This document shows, in pieces, positions 1-8,343 of a stretch of DNA of 30,054 nt. The DNA is from Silvanigrellaceae bacterium (GTDB taxonomy: Bacteria; Bdellovibrionota_B; Oligoflexia; Silvanigrellales; Silvanigrellaceae). Location: the NCBI GenBank assembly GCA_049423385.1, contig JBMSQQ010000042.1, positions 1 through 30,054 of the forward strand, written 5' to 3'. Each line of letters starts with the position of its first letter. The first letter of the stretch is position 1. Both the position numbers and the translations under genes were made by a program. Below the pieces are notes generated by a model, which was not told the origin of the DNA, searched no databases, and saw only the letters and a program-made list of their open reading frames with translations.

Positions 1-274
1 GCATGAGACATCACCGTTGGTGATGCGCTACGACTTCGACGGCACGACCCTCAGCAATGCAAAAAAAGTTTATTCAGGGGTGAGCAATCTGGGCAAGACT
101 CCGCTCGGATTGATTGCAAGGACGAACAAACGTCTCTTGATCGGCAGGCCAGACACAGGAGCATTGGTTGAGATTCAACTCAAAGGATCAGATACGGCAG
201 AACAGACGGAATTTTACAAGACAACGTCATTCGCAAAAGATCTGACATCACTTGTCGCCGAACCAGCTCAATAA
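1..274 (+). CDS. Hypothetical protein, C-terminal part only (frame open from the window start); possibly beta-rich
   Basis: Frame of ORF 17..274 has no stop back to position 2 (HETSPLVMRYDFDG...); ends TAA at 274, convergent with the next gene. Confidence 0.55.
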   Translation, partial: HETSPLVMRYDFDGTTLSNAKKVYSGVSNLGKTPLGLIARTNKRLLIGRPDTGALVEIQLKGSDTAEQTEFYKTTSFAKDLTSLVAEPAQ

Positions 275-279
275 CAGGT

Positions 280-1104
280 TCAGGGCCTGTTGATCACACC
301 AAGGCAGTTTGCCACGCGACGTTCGAAGGGTTCGTTGAAAGGTCGCCCGTTCATGAGACGACCATTGAGCACCAATCCGGAACTGCCGCCGCCATCCAGA
401 TTCAACGCCCAGGTGGCTCCCAATTCCCTCATCACTCGTGTTGTGTCTGCCAATGAAAGGCCCGTAAGGTTGCCTTGTCGACCTTCGACGATCACCCACC
501 ACAATCTGGTGCGTTCCTCGTTGAGTCCAATGACGGTGCGCGGATGTTGAGTGGTGCAGAATTCTCCGCATTCAATGTCGTTTCCCTTCTTCCACTCGAA
601 TTCCGGGTCGAGAAGTATTTGCCAGCCACCAACAACGGTCGTCCATTCGGGATTTCTTGGGCTGACCTTGTTGTAGGCATCGATAAAGCAATCATTCGTG
701 TCGCTGCACGCCAGGAATGACCATTCCTTGGTGTCTGCAGTCCCGGGCCAGGCTTGTCCTTTTCCAACAGCAAGGCCAATGGGGGTCTTGTTTCCATCAA
801 AAAAGTCACCGTTGATTGCGGCAATGGCTCCGCTTTTTGTGGCAAAATCACTGGGCGTCATTCCGCGCTCGTTGTTCGTGGAAGCTCGCAAAGATATCTT
901 TGGATTTGTCAGGTCGATCTCAAGAACGTGGATTTTTTTGTTGGAAAAAGTTGAGTCCATCCAGTAAGTGACGCCATTGGACTGTTCATGAGTTGTCTTG
1001 GCAGACTGAAGCGAACCTTTTTGAGCGTGAGCTACAGTCGAAGCCAGAAGGCAAACCTGTATTGATGCTGAAAGAGTCCGGCAAAAGAAGTTGCTCAACG
1101 ACAT
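280..1104 (-). CDS. Exported phosphodiester glycosidase (NAGPA) family protein
   Basis: Motifs AINGDFF, HPRTVIG, VEGRQ, ALNLDGGGSS and RRVANCL. Start placed at ATG 1104 (MSLSNFF...) because it gives a signal peptide ending AHA; the longer ORF to 1389 overlaps the RluA gene. Confidence 0.85.
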   Translation of the reverse strand: MSLSNFFCRTLSASIQVCLLASTVAHAQKGSLQSAKTTHEQSNGVTYWMDSTFSNKKIHVLEIDLTNPKISLRASTNNERGMTPSDFATKSGAIAAINGDFFDGNKTPIGLAVGKGQAWPGTADTKEWSFLACSDTNDCFIDAYNKVSPRNPEWTTVVGGWQILLDPEFEWKKGNDIECGEFCTTQHPRTVIGLNEERTRLWWVIVEGRQGNLTGLSLADTTRVMRELGATWALNLDGGGSSGLVLNGRLMNGRPFNEPFERRVANCLGVINRP

Positions 1105-1132
1105 GGTTGTCACTCCGTGGATAAGGTCAGAA

Positions 1133-2110
1133 ATGCTAAACCAAATTAAAGCACAGGTGCCACCGACCCTCAATGGTGCACGTTTCGACATTGCAGCCGC
1201 AACGATGTTCAACACACTTTCGCGAAAAAAAATAAAGACAATCATTGATCGCGGGGGCGCGTTCCTCAACAAAAAGCGAATTGCTCTTGCCGGAAAGTTG
1301 GTCTCATCGGGGGATGTCATCGAACTCTTTTGGGATGAAGCACGTCCGCTGGGCGGCAGCGATGTTTCCAGCCTCCCGGTTGGAATCATTGCCGAGTTCG
1401 AAGATTATGTTGTCGTCAACAAGCCAGCAGGCCTACCGTCGCAGGCAACACTTTCTTCAACAAATGATACCGTCATTCATGCTTTGAAAGTGCAGTATCC
1501 GGACAAGTACTCATCCATGGAGCTGCAGCTTGTGCACAGATTGGACAAGGAAACTTCCGGCGTGATGATTCTCGCCAAAAACAAGAAGGCACAACAGAAT
1601 CTCGAAAAGCTTTTTCAGGAAAGAAAAATTCAGAAAACATATCATGCCATCAGTTTCGGAATTCCTGCCCAGAAAGGCGGGCAGCTGGATTGGCCCATCA
1701 GGCGCGACAATTCGCGCACGAATGCATACGTGGCGGTCATTTCGCAGTCAAAATCAAGAGGTGCTTCATCTCATAGCAAGGATATCAAGTCCGCCAGAAC
1801 CAGGTATGAGGTTCTCAAAACATTTTCACGGTTGAATGCCAGCTTCATCGAGTGCAAACCAGAAACCGGCAGGACCCACCAAATTCGGGTCCATCTTCAG
1901 GCTCTTGGAGTGCCCCTTTTTGGCGATAAAACCTATTCAAATAACGTGATTGGCCACCCATGCAACCAATGGGCGACCCGCCACATGCTGCATGCGAGCA
2001 GTATCAGCTGGATCGAAATTGATGGCCGGACAGTTGCTTTCGAGGCGCCTTTCCCCGATGATTTTCGCGCTTGTCTAAACCGCCTCGAGAAGGAAGGGTC
2101 ACAATCATGA
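1133..2110 (+). CDS. RluA-family (RluC/RluD-like) rRNA pseudouridine synthase with N-terminal S4-like domain
   Basis: [16 protein letters not shown] (catalytic Asp), [18 protein letters not shown] motifs. Start chosen at ATG 1133 after AAGGT; exact start uncertain. Confidence 0.92.
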   Translation: MLNQIKAQVPPTLNGARFDIAAATMFNTLSRKKIKTIIDRGGAFLNKKRIALAGKLVSSGDVIELFWDEARPLGGSDVSSLPVGIIAEFEDYVVVNKPAGLPSQATLSSTNDTVIHALKVQYPDKYSSMELQLVHRLDKETSGVMILAKNKKAQQNLEKLFQERKIQKTYHAISFGIPAQKGGQLDWPIRRDNSRTNAYVAVISQSKSRGASSHSKDIKSARTRYEVLKTFSRLNASFIECKPETGRTHQIRVHLQALGVPLFGDKTYSNNVIGHPCNQWATRHMLHASSISWIEIDGRTVAFEAPFPDDFRACLNRLEKEGSQS

Positions 2111-3339
2111 GTTACAAATTAATCAGCGTTCCAACCACAGGACAAAAGATCACCGTCGACGCAAAAGGCCAATTGAGTGTTCCAGTGGAGCCCATCATTC
2201 CTTTCATTCGCGGCGATGGAACCGGACCTGACATTTGGGCTGCAAGTCAAATGGTTTTTGATGCTGCGGTTGCCAAGGCATATGGCGGCAAGAGGAAAAT
2301 CCATTGGATGGAAGTTCCTGCGGGAGAAGCGTCATTTCAAAAGTTCAATGACTGGCTTCCACAGGAAACCGTGGATGCATTGCGGGAGTTTCGCGTGTCC
2401 ATCAAGGGTCCCCTGACCACCCCGGTGGGCGGCGGAATTCGCAGTCTCAATGTGACTTTGCGCCAGACGCTCGACCTGTATCAGTGCGTGCGTCCTGTGA
2501 AATGGTACCCAAATGTTCCTGCTCCGGTGCGCGAACCCCAGAAGGTCGACATGGTGATTTTCCGCGAAAACACTGAAGACATTTATGCGGGAATAGAATT
2601 CAAGTCTGGAACTCCAGAGGCTCTCAAGCTGCGTGATTTCCTGAAGTCGGCGTTCAACAAGACAGTGCGTGAAGATTCTGGACTTGGAATAAAACCCGTC
2701 AGTGAGTTTGGCTCCAAGCGACTGGTGCGGGCAGCCATCCGCTATGCGATCGAAAACAAGCGAAAGAGCGTGACTCTTGTCCACAAGGGCAACATCATGA
2801 AATTCACCGAGGGCGCATTTCGGGATTGGGGCTATGCCGTTGCCACGGAGGAATTCCGTGACTTCTGTGTGACCTGGGATGAGTGTCAGGGCCAGGTTCC
2901 TCCAGGAAAGATCCTGGTCAAGGACGCGATTGCGGACAATATGTTTCAACAAGCATTGTTGCGCCCAGACGAGTATGACGTTCTGGCCACCACAAACCTG
3001 AATGGTGACTATTTGTCGGATGCCCTGGCTGCTCAAGTGGGTGGCCTTGGAATTGCTCCTGGAGCCAATATTGGCGACGGTTTCGCTGTTTTTGAAGCAA
3101 CTCACGGTACAGCTCCAAAATATGCCGGTCAGGACAAGGTCAACCCTGGTAGTGTGATTCTCAGCGGTGTGATGATGTTTGAATACCTGGGTTGGAAGGA
3201 AGTCTGCTCTTTGATTGAAAAGGCTTTTGAAGCAACGCTTAAAGACAAGGTGGTCACCTACGATTTCGCTCGTCAGCTTGCTGGAGCTCGTGAAGTGAAA
3301 TGCAGTGACTTCGCTCGTGCGATTTGTGAGCACATGTGA
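2107..3339 (+). CDS. icd: NADP-dependent isocitrate dehydrogenase (homodimeric, E. coli/Bacillus type)
   Basis: [59 protein letters not shown], and HGTAPKYAG (KY = NADP signature). ATG 2107 overlaps the upstream stop (ATGA). Confidence 0.97.
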   Translation: MSYKLISVPTTGQKITVDAKGQLSVPVEPIIPFIRGDGTGPDIWAASQMVFDAAVAKAYGGKRKIHWMEVPAGEASFQKFNDWLPQETVDALREFRVSIKGPLTTPVGGGIRSLNVTLRQTLDLYQCVRPVKWYPNVPAPVREPQKVDMVIFRENTEDIYAGIEFKSGTPEALKLRDFLKSAFNKTVREDSGLGIKPVSEFGSKRLVRAAIRYAIENKRKSVTLVHKGNIMKFTEGAFRDWGYAVATEEFRDFCVTWDECQGQVPPGKILVKDAIADNMFQQALLRPDEYDVLATTNLNGDYLSDALAAQVGGLGIAPGANIGDGFAVFEATHGTAPKYAGQDKVNPGSVILSGVMMFEYLGWKEVCSLIEKAFEATLKDKVVTYDFARQLAGAREVKCSDFARAICEHM

Positions 3340-3351
3340 CCCTGTCTTCCT

Positions 3352-3405
3352 GAATCAAAAAAAAGGAGTCGCCGCGATCGGCAGCGACTCCTTTTTTTTT
3401 GATTC
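3352..3405. terminator. Bidirectional intrinsic terminator between the convergent IDH units
   Basis: GAATC-A8-GGAGTCGC ... GCGACTCC-T9-GATTC: GC-rich stem flanked by an A-run and a T-run. Confidence 0.9.
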
Positions 3406-3412
3406 CAAGTCT

Positions 3413-3739
3413 TCAAGAGAAGAGCGGCTTTCCGTCTTGTGAGTAGAGCTTGATGATGCTCGACCACTTGAAAGTGGCACCAATCTTCTGAACCAGGTTG
3501 CAAATCGCTGCGTCGACGTCGGCATTGTTGTTCAATGGATTTTCGAAGGTGTAGCGCGCGCAAAGCCAACCCACATCGAGGATGGTTTTTTCCAGTGCGG
3601 CTCCCTTGAGCTTGGTCCCGCGGCTTGAAATGTGCACCAGGTTCAATGAGCCCACCTGTTTGGGCAAATTGCAATCAAAGGGCGCTTCGACGAAAATATC
3701 AATTCCGGAAATCAGTCTCTTGTCTATCTGGTTGGTCAT
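3413..3739 (-). CDS. Stand-alone protein resembling the C-terminal extra domain of Thermus/Rickettsia-type isocitrate dehydrogenases
   Basis: Ordered motifs GIDIFVE, LVHISSRGTK, LCARY, KWSSIIKL, DGKPLFS parallel the GVDVFVE, LKMISNRGT, RCRF, RWMHLEKL, DGEPGF pattern I recall for that domain. GAGGAAG precedes the ATG. Confidence 0.75.
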   Translation of the reverse strand: MTNQIDKRLISGIDIFVEAPFDCNLPKQVGSLNLVHISSRGTKLKGAALEKTILDVGWLCARYTFENPLNNNADVDAAICNLVQKIGATFKWSSIIKLYSQDGKPLFS

Positions 3740-3751
3740 GTCTTGTCTTCC

Positions 3752-4762
3752 TCAATTCTTCATCGCACGGATGATCGCTTCAGCAAATTCCATGGTGCTT
3801 GCACTGCCTTTGAGATCACGTGTCAGCGACTTGCCTTCGGCGAGAACATGCTGAAGTCCCTTTTCAATTCTATCAGCCATTTTAAGTTCGCCCATGTGCT
3901 GAAGCATCATGACCGCAGAAAGCAGAAGCGCGGTGGGATTCGCCTTGCCCTGTCCTGCAATGTCGGGTGCAGAGCCGTGGACGGCCTCAAAAACAGCACC
4001 GTTGTTTCCAATGTTTGCACCGGGCGCAACGCCCAGGCCGCCCACGAGACCTGCGCAGAGATCGGAAACAATGTCACCATACAGATTTGGAAGGACGAGG
4101 ACGTCGAACTCCTCAGGACGGGTGACAAGCTGCATGCACAAGTTGTCGACAATGATGCTGTCGAATTTGATGTCGGAAAATTCTTTTGAAACCTCTTCAT
4201 GCGCCCGCAGAAAGAGTCCATCTGTCAGCTTGTGGATGTTTGCCTTGTGGACACAGGTCACGCGCTTGCGCTTCAGTTTGCGGGCCATCTCGAAGGCATA
4301 GCGGGCCACACGTTCACAGCCTTCCCAGGTGATCACCTTCAAGCATTGCGCCACATTTGGAGCCACCATGTGCTCGATGCCTGCATAAGTGTCTTCGGTA
4401 TTTTCCCGAACGATGATCATGTCGATGTTTTCGAAGCGTGTTTTGTAGCCCGGCAGGCTCTTCGCAGGACGCACATTGGCATACAAGTCGAGGCGCTTGC
4501 GCAGCGTCACATTGGCACTTTGATGACCGCCGCCGGTTGGGGTTGTTGTGGGTCCCTTGAGCGCAATTTTATACTTTGCGATCGAGTCAATCGTCGCATC
4601 GGGCATGACGCCACGACCAGCGAGTGCGCTGGCTTCACCGCCCTCTTGTGTGTCCCAGCTGACGCGCAGTCCTGCGGCATCCAGGATTCGGGTGACCGCC
4701 TCGGTAATCTCTGGGCCAATTCCATCACCGGGAATCAGCGTCAGGGTTTTCATTTCGCTCAT
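3752..4762 (-). CDS. Isocitrate/isopropylmalate dehydrogenase family enzyme, most likely NAD-dependent isocitrate dehydrogenase
   Basis: LIPGDGIGPEI, SANVTLRK, RENTED, VHKANI, PNLYGDIVSD, and HGSAPDIAG (DI = NAD signature). AGGAG lies about 9 nt before ATG 4762. Confidence 0.9.
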   Translation of the reverse strand: MSEMKTLTLIPGDGIGPEITEAVTRILDAAGLRVSWDTQEGGEASALAGRGVMPDATIDSIAKYKIALKGPTTTPTGGGHQSANVTLRKRLDLYANVRPAKSLPGYKTRFENIDMIIVRENTEDTYAGIEHMVAPNVAQCLKVITWEGCERVARYAFEMARKLKRKRVTCVHKANIHKLTDGLFLRAHEEVSKEFSDIKFDSIIVDNLCMQLVTRPEEFDVLVLPNLYGDIVSDLCAGLVGGLGVAPGANIGNNGAVFEAVHGSAPDIAGQGKANPTALLLSAVMMLQHMGELKMADRIEKGLQHVLAEGKSLTRDLKGSASTMEFAEAIIRAMKN

Positions 4763-4780
4763 TTTGGTCTGCTCCTTCCA

Positions 4781-4797
4781 AGCAAAAACTTTTTGCT
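4781..4797. promoter_or_regulatory. Perfect 17-bp palindrome, candidate operator
   Basis: AGCAAAAA-C-TTTTTGCT in the 44-bp gap just upstream of the NAD-IDH ribosome-binding site. Confidence 0.4.
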
Positions 4798-4806
4798 CCG
4801 CGCGCC

Positions 4807-5589
4807 TTAAAGCACCTCGGCTTGGGCCTTGGCAAGCGCAGCCCAATCTCCGTCACCCCAAAAATATCCGAGGCTTTCCAGCAAACGCAGATATAAAGTA
4901 AAATCCTCAATATCCTGAGAATTTTCAACGGAACTGTCGGGTTCCACGACGGTCAGAAATTCCTTGAGTCCGGCATCCGTCAACAAAGCAGCCACGAGCA
5001 GGGGCAAATGGCCGATGGCGCTGCGGCCAAAGATTTCGCGCTCTGCGGCCCGGATTTCGTCGATAGACTCGTGGCCGCGCTCCGTCACATCGGCAAACGA
5101 TCCATGCGGCTTCTTTGCAATGCACAGCTCCACGGGCTCGAGACTATGGAAAAAATCGCAAATTTGCGGGCGGTTGGGGAAAACGCCACAATGGCCTCCC
5201 AAATGTCCCGTCTCGGGTGTGGACACAAACAGCGGGCAGGGCAATTTTTCCTGCATGAACAACCGCTGCTGACTGTCGGTCATTGGCAGCGCATTTTCGC
5301 GTGTGGCCCGTTCGAGATAACGCCTTGCGTACGTCATGAATTTTGTATGCAGCTCTTCAATCGTGTGTCCTTCCGCCATCAGCCGGGCGAGAAGAACGAA
5401 TGCTTCACCTGCAGTTGCGGGAATGATGGGGAAGTAGCAGCACGCTCCACAACCTTTTCCACAGGTGATCTTGGGGCCTTCGGTCCGTCTGTCGTGGTTC
5501 GAGAGCATCTGGTCTCGATCACGCGTCCAGCGTTCGTGGACGCCGTCGACAACTGGTAGTAAGCACTTCAAGGCTTCAGCGAAATTCAT
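4807..5589 (-). CDS. YkgJ-family cysteine cluster (Zn/Fe-chelating) protein
   Basis: CGKGCGACC ... CPLF ... CGVFPNRPQICDFF pattern. Start uncertain (ATG 5589 chosen). Confidence 0.85.
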   Translation of the reverse strand: MNFAEALKCLLPVVDGVHERWTRDRDQMLSNHDRRTEGPKITCGKGCGACCYFPIIPATAGEAFVLLARLMAEGHTIEELHTKFMTYARRYLERATRENALPMTDSQQRLFMQEKLPCPLFVSTPETGHLGGHCGVFPNRPQICDFFHSLEPVELCIAKKPHGSFADVTERGHESIDEIRAAEREIFGRSAIGHLPLLVAALLTDAGLKEFLTVVEPDSSVENSQDIEDFTLYLRLLESLGYFWGDGDWAALAKAQAEVL

Positions 5590-5617
5590 TGGTTTTGCCC
5601 TGTTTCGAGGTTCCGTC

Positions 5618-6142
5618 ATGCGTTGGAATACAACCACCCGGTATCCCATCGAGGTCCAATTTGAGGACATCGATGGCGGAGGTGTCGTACATCACCCCAA
5701 TTATCTCAAATATCTGGAGCGGGCACGATGTCAGGCTATGCGGGAAATTGGCGTCCCTTTCGAAGCCTGTCTGCGTCATGATTTGGCCTTCGTGGTCGCT
5801 GAATTGAATGCGAAATATCTGGCGCCCCTGCAGCTCGGTGCAAAGGTCGTTGTCGAAACCCGACTTGTGGCCGTGCGCAAGAGCAGCCTCAAGGTTTATC
5901 AGAAAATCGTTGCGCAGGAGCGTTCATCCGAACCTGAAACCTCCTCCACGTCATTTCTCAAGCCCGATAAACAAACCTATTTCATGGCACAGCTGCGGCT
6001 GGTCACGGTGGACCTCAAATCCGGAAAGCCGGTAGGCCTGCCTGGCGAGCTTCGGGCTGCCGGGGGAATGCCAGCGTCGGAGCTTGTGACACAAGAATCA
6101 TTGTGGTCTGACGTCCGCTTGTCTTCATTTTCCGAGCCCTGA
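5618..6142 (+). CDS. Acyl-CoA thioesterase (YbgC/4HBT hot-dog fold)
   Basis: VQFEDIDGGGVVHHPNYLKYLERAR motif; GAGG before ATG 5618. Confidence 0.9.
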   Translation: MRWNTTTRYPIEVQFEDIDGGGVVHHPNYLKYLERARCQAMREIGVPFEACLRHDLAFVVAELNAKYLAPLQLGAKVVVETRLVAVRKSSLKVYQKIVAQERSSEPETSSTSFLKPDKQTYFMAQLRLVTVDLKSGKPVGLPGELRAAGGMPASELVTQESLWSDVRLSSFSEP

Positions 6143-6174
6143 TGGCAGGAATTGCATTTCGGGGTGAGGTCCTC

Positions 6175-8322
6175 ATGGGCAGCAAAACTCGGGTTGTAGG
6201 CTTGGCAAGTGCGTTGGTGGTGGCGCTGGCCTTGTTTGTTCTTGGAACCTGGCTGGAAACGCGCATCTTCGACGGCTTGACGAGCATTCTGCAAAACCAG
6301 TCCTTTCTATCGGTCATCTTGTTTTTCAGCGTTGTGAATCTGAACGCAATTCTCGCTTTTGTGCTTATATTTTTGAGCTTCAGAAATGCCGTGAAGCTTG
6401 TTGTTGAGAGACAAAGGGCAGTGTTTGGCAGTTCGTTGCGGACGCGATTGGTGACGTTGTTTCTGTTTTTCTCACTGATCCCGACGTTGATTTTGCTTTA
6501 TATCTCCACAAAATTTGTCACCGCGCATTTCGAGCGTTGGCTTCCGCCGAGTGTTGCCCAGACTTCGCAATTGAGTCTCAGGAGCGAAACCGAATATCGC
6601 GAGAAAATTCTCAAATTGCTTTCGAATATTGAAAACCCTGGCCAGCGCGAAAACTCTGTGGACTTCATCGTACCCCTGGGCAACGCGCGGTCGTCAGCAG
6701 CTTATTTTGCCGATCATCTGAAAGGCATGCGGCCGGAAATTGAAGCGGCCTTACAGAAGAATTCGGATTGGACCTCGGGAAATGCAAAGTGGATTGGTTT
6801 CGAAAATTCCCGTTCATTGGCGGCCGTTCGTCATGGTGGTGTCATATACGGAGTGATTGCACCACCTGCAATCCATTCGCAGTGGCAATTGCTTGAGTCG
6901 GAAGTGAGCCAGGCTCAGCCCGGGTTGGAGTTGGTCAGGATGAGTTATTACATCCTGCTGGGTGCAATCACGGTTTTATTGATTTTTTCGGCGTTGTGGT
7001 TGGGTGTGACCATCGCGCGAGAACTGACGGGTCCATTGCAGTCGCTTGCCGTGGCAACCGAGCTTGTTGCTGCCGGAAATTACGAAGTCAAAATCGACGA
7101 TGTTGTCTCCGATGATGAGCTTGGTCAGCTGGCACGAAGTTTCAGGTCGATGGTTTTCGATTTGCGCGATGCCAATCAGCGAGCACGCGCGTCTGCCCAC
7201 GAACTCGAACTCAAGGCTGCGCAGCTGAGTGAAAAAACCGAATATTATGCGTCGGTGCTTCAGGAAGTTCAGGCTTTGGTTTTTGCTGTGGATGAGCAAT
7301 TCAAGCTTGAGGCCTGCAATCCTGCAACAGAGCGACTTTTTGGGATTCTTGAGGTTGCCGCCCAGGGTCGATCGATTGGCGAGTTGCTTCCCCGTGAATT
7401 TTACCTGCAATGGTTGCGGCCGTTGATGTTGCCACTGGTTGAGAAAATTGAGCGACGTGTTGCGGGGGAATTTTCCGGCAAAATCTCGGGACGCGACTGC
7501 CAGTGGGTGGTTTCCGCGCATGCATTGATCAAGCCAAATGGTGAGCGCGCATTTCTTGTTGTGATTGAAGACGTCACTGATTTGGCCAGAGCTCAAAGAC
7601 TTGCTGCGTGGCGCGAAGTTGCTCGCAAGGTCGCTCATGAAATCAAGAACCCCCTGACGCCGATTTTGCTCGGAGCACAGAGACTCGAGCGTCGTGTGCT
7701 GGAAAAGATAGAGGGTCCTGAACACGAGATCATGAAGGAAAGCCTCAGGGTCATCGTTCAGTCATCCGATTCCATCCGGCAATTGGTGGATGAGTTTGTG
7801 TCTGTGGCGAAAATGCCGGGCCCGAATTTGCGACCGGGAAATATCATCGAGACATTGAAATTTGCCGTGGCCGGATTTTCCGAGAATCCCGATCAGGTGC
7901 TTGTTGAAATGGAAATCTGGAATTCAGAGGCAGAGGCTTTTGTTCCGGGCGTGAATTTTGAGTCGCTGCCGCTGGTCGTTTTGAAATATGACTCCGGACA
8001 AATCACCCGAGCCTTGATGAATCTGATAGCGAACGCAATTTCTGCATCAACCGGAACCAGCGAAGCAGGCAAGGTTGTGGTCAGGGTGCGTGGTCCGAGC
8101 CTCAGCAGGCCTGATGTGGAGATTTCTGTTCATGACTGGGGTCACGGTGTTCCCGAGTCAGTACGGGAGCGGATTTTTGAGCCCTATTTCAGCACCAAGC
8201 GGACGGGAACGGGGCTTGGTTTGGTGATCGTTCAGCAGATTGTTCACGAACATGGAGGCCGGCTCTGGGTGTCGGCAAATGAGCCTCGTGGTACTGTCTT
8301 CAGTATTTCACTTCCAGTTTGA
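6175..8322 (+). CDS. ntrY: NtrY-like membrane sensor histidine kinase (TM, HAMP, PAS-like, HisKA, HATPase)
   Basis: GSSLRTRLV after the N-terminal TMs, HAMP (DELGQLARSF), H-box AWREVARKVAHEIKNPLTPI, N-box NLIANA, DWGHG, FEPYFSTK, GTGLGL. Start at 6175 (GAGGT upstream) or 6142. Confidence 0.88.
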   Translation: MGSKTRVVGLASALVVALALFVLGTWLETRIFDGLTSILQNQSFLSVILFFSVVNLNAILAFVLIFLSFRNAVKLVVERQRAVFGSSLRTRLVTLFLFFSLIPTLILLYISTKFVTAHFERWLPPSVAQTSQLSLRSETEYREKILKLLSNIENPGQRENSVDFIVPLGNARSSAAYFADHLKGMRPEIEAALQKNSDWTSGNAKWIGFENSRSLAAVRHGGVIYGVIAPPAIHSQWQLLESEVSQAQPGLELVRMSYYILLGAITVLLIFSALWLGVTIARELTGPLQSLAVATELVAAGNYEVKIDDVVSDDELGQLARSFRSMVFDLRDANQRARASAHELELKAAQLSEKTEYYASVLQEVQALVFAVDEQFKLEACNPATERLFGILEVAAQGRSIGELLPREFYLQWLRPLMLPLVEKIERRVAGEFSGKISGRDCQWVVSAHALIKPNGERAFLVVIEDVTDLARAQRLAAWREVARKVAHEIKNPLTPILLGAQRLERRVLEKIEGPEHEIMKESLRVIVQSSDSIRQLVDEFVSVAKMPGPNLRPGNIIETLKFAVAGFSENPDQVLVEMEIWNSEAEAFVPGVNFESLPLVVLKYDSGQITRALMNLIANAISASTGTSEAGKVVVRVRGPSLSRPDVEISVHDWGHGVPESVRERIFEPYFSTKRTGTGLGLVIVQQIVHEHGGRLWVSANEPRGTVFSISLPV

Positions 8323-8343
8323 ACTTGATTTTGGGAGGAGCGT

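Noticed and set aside
1105..1389. N-terminal extension of the NAGPA ORF
   Set aside because: Overlaps the RluA gene antisense and would bury the signal peptide.
2332..3333. 333-aa antisense ORF over icd (similarly 8368..9123, 11664..12524, 21820..22740, 4199..4810)
   Set aside because: Shadow ORFs opposite well-supported genes, with no motifs of their own.
3740..3754. Selenocysteine recoding of the in-frame TGA between the IDH parts
   Set aside because: No SECIS-like hairpin is evident after the TGA and the position is a linker, not a Cys-equivalent catalytic site.
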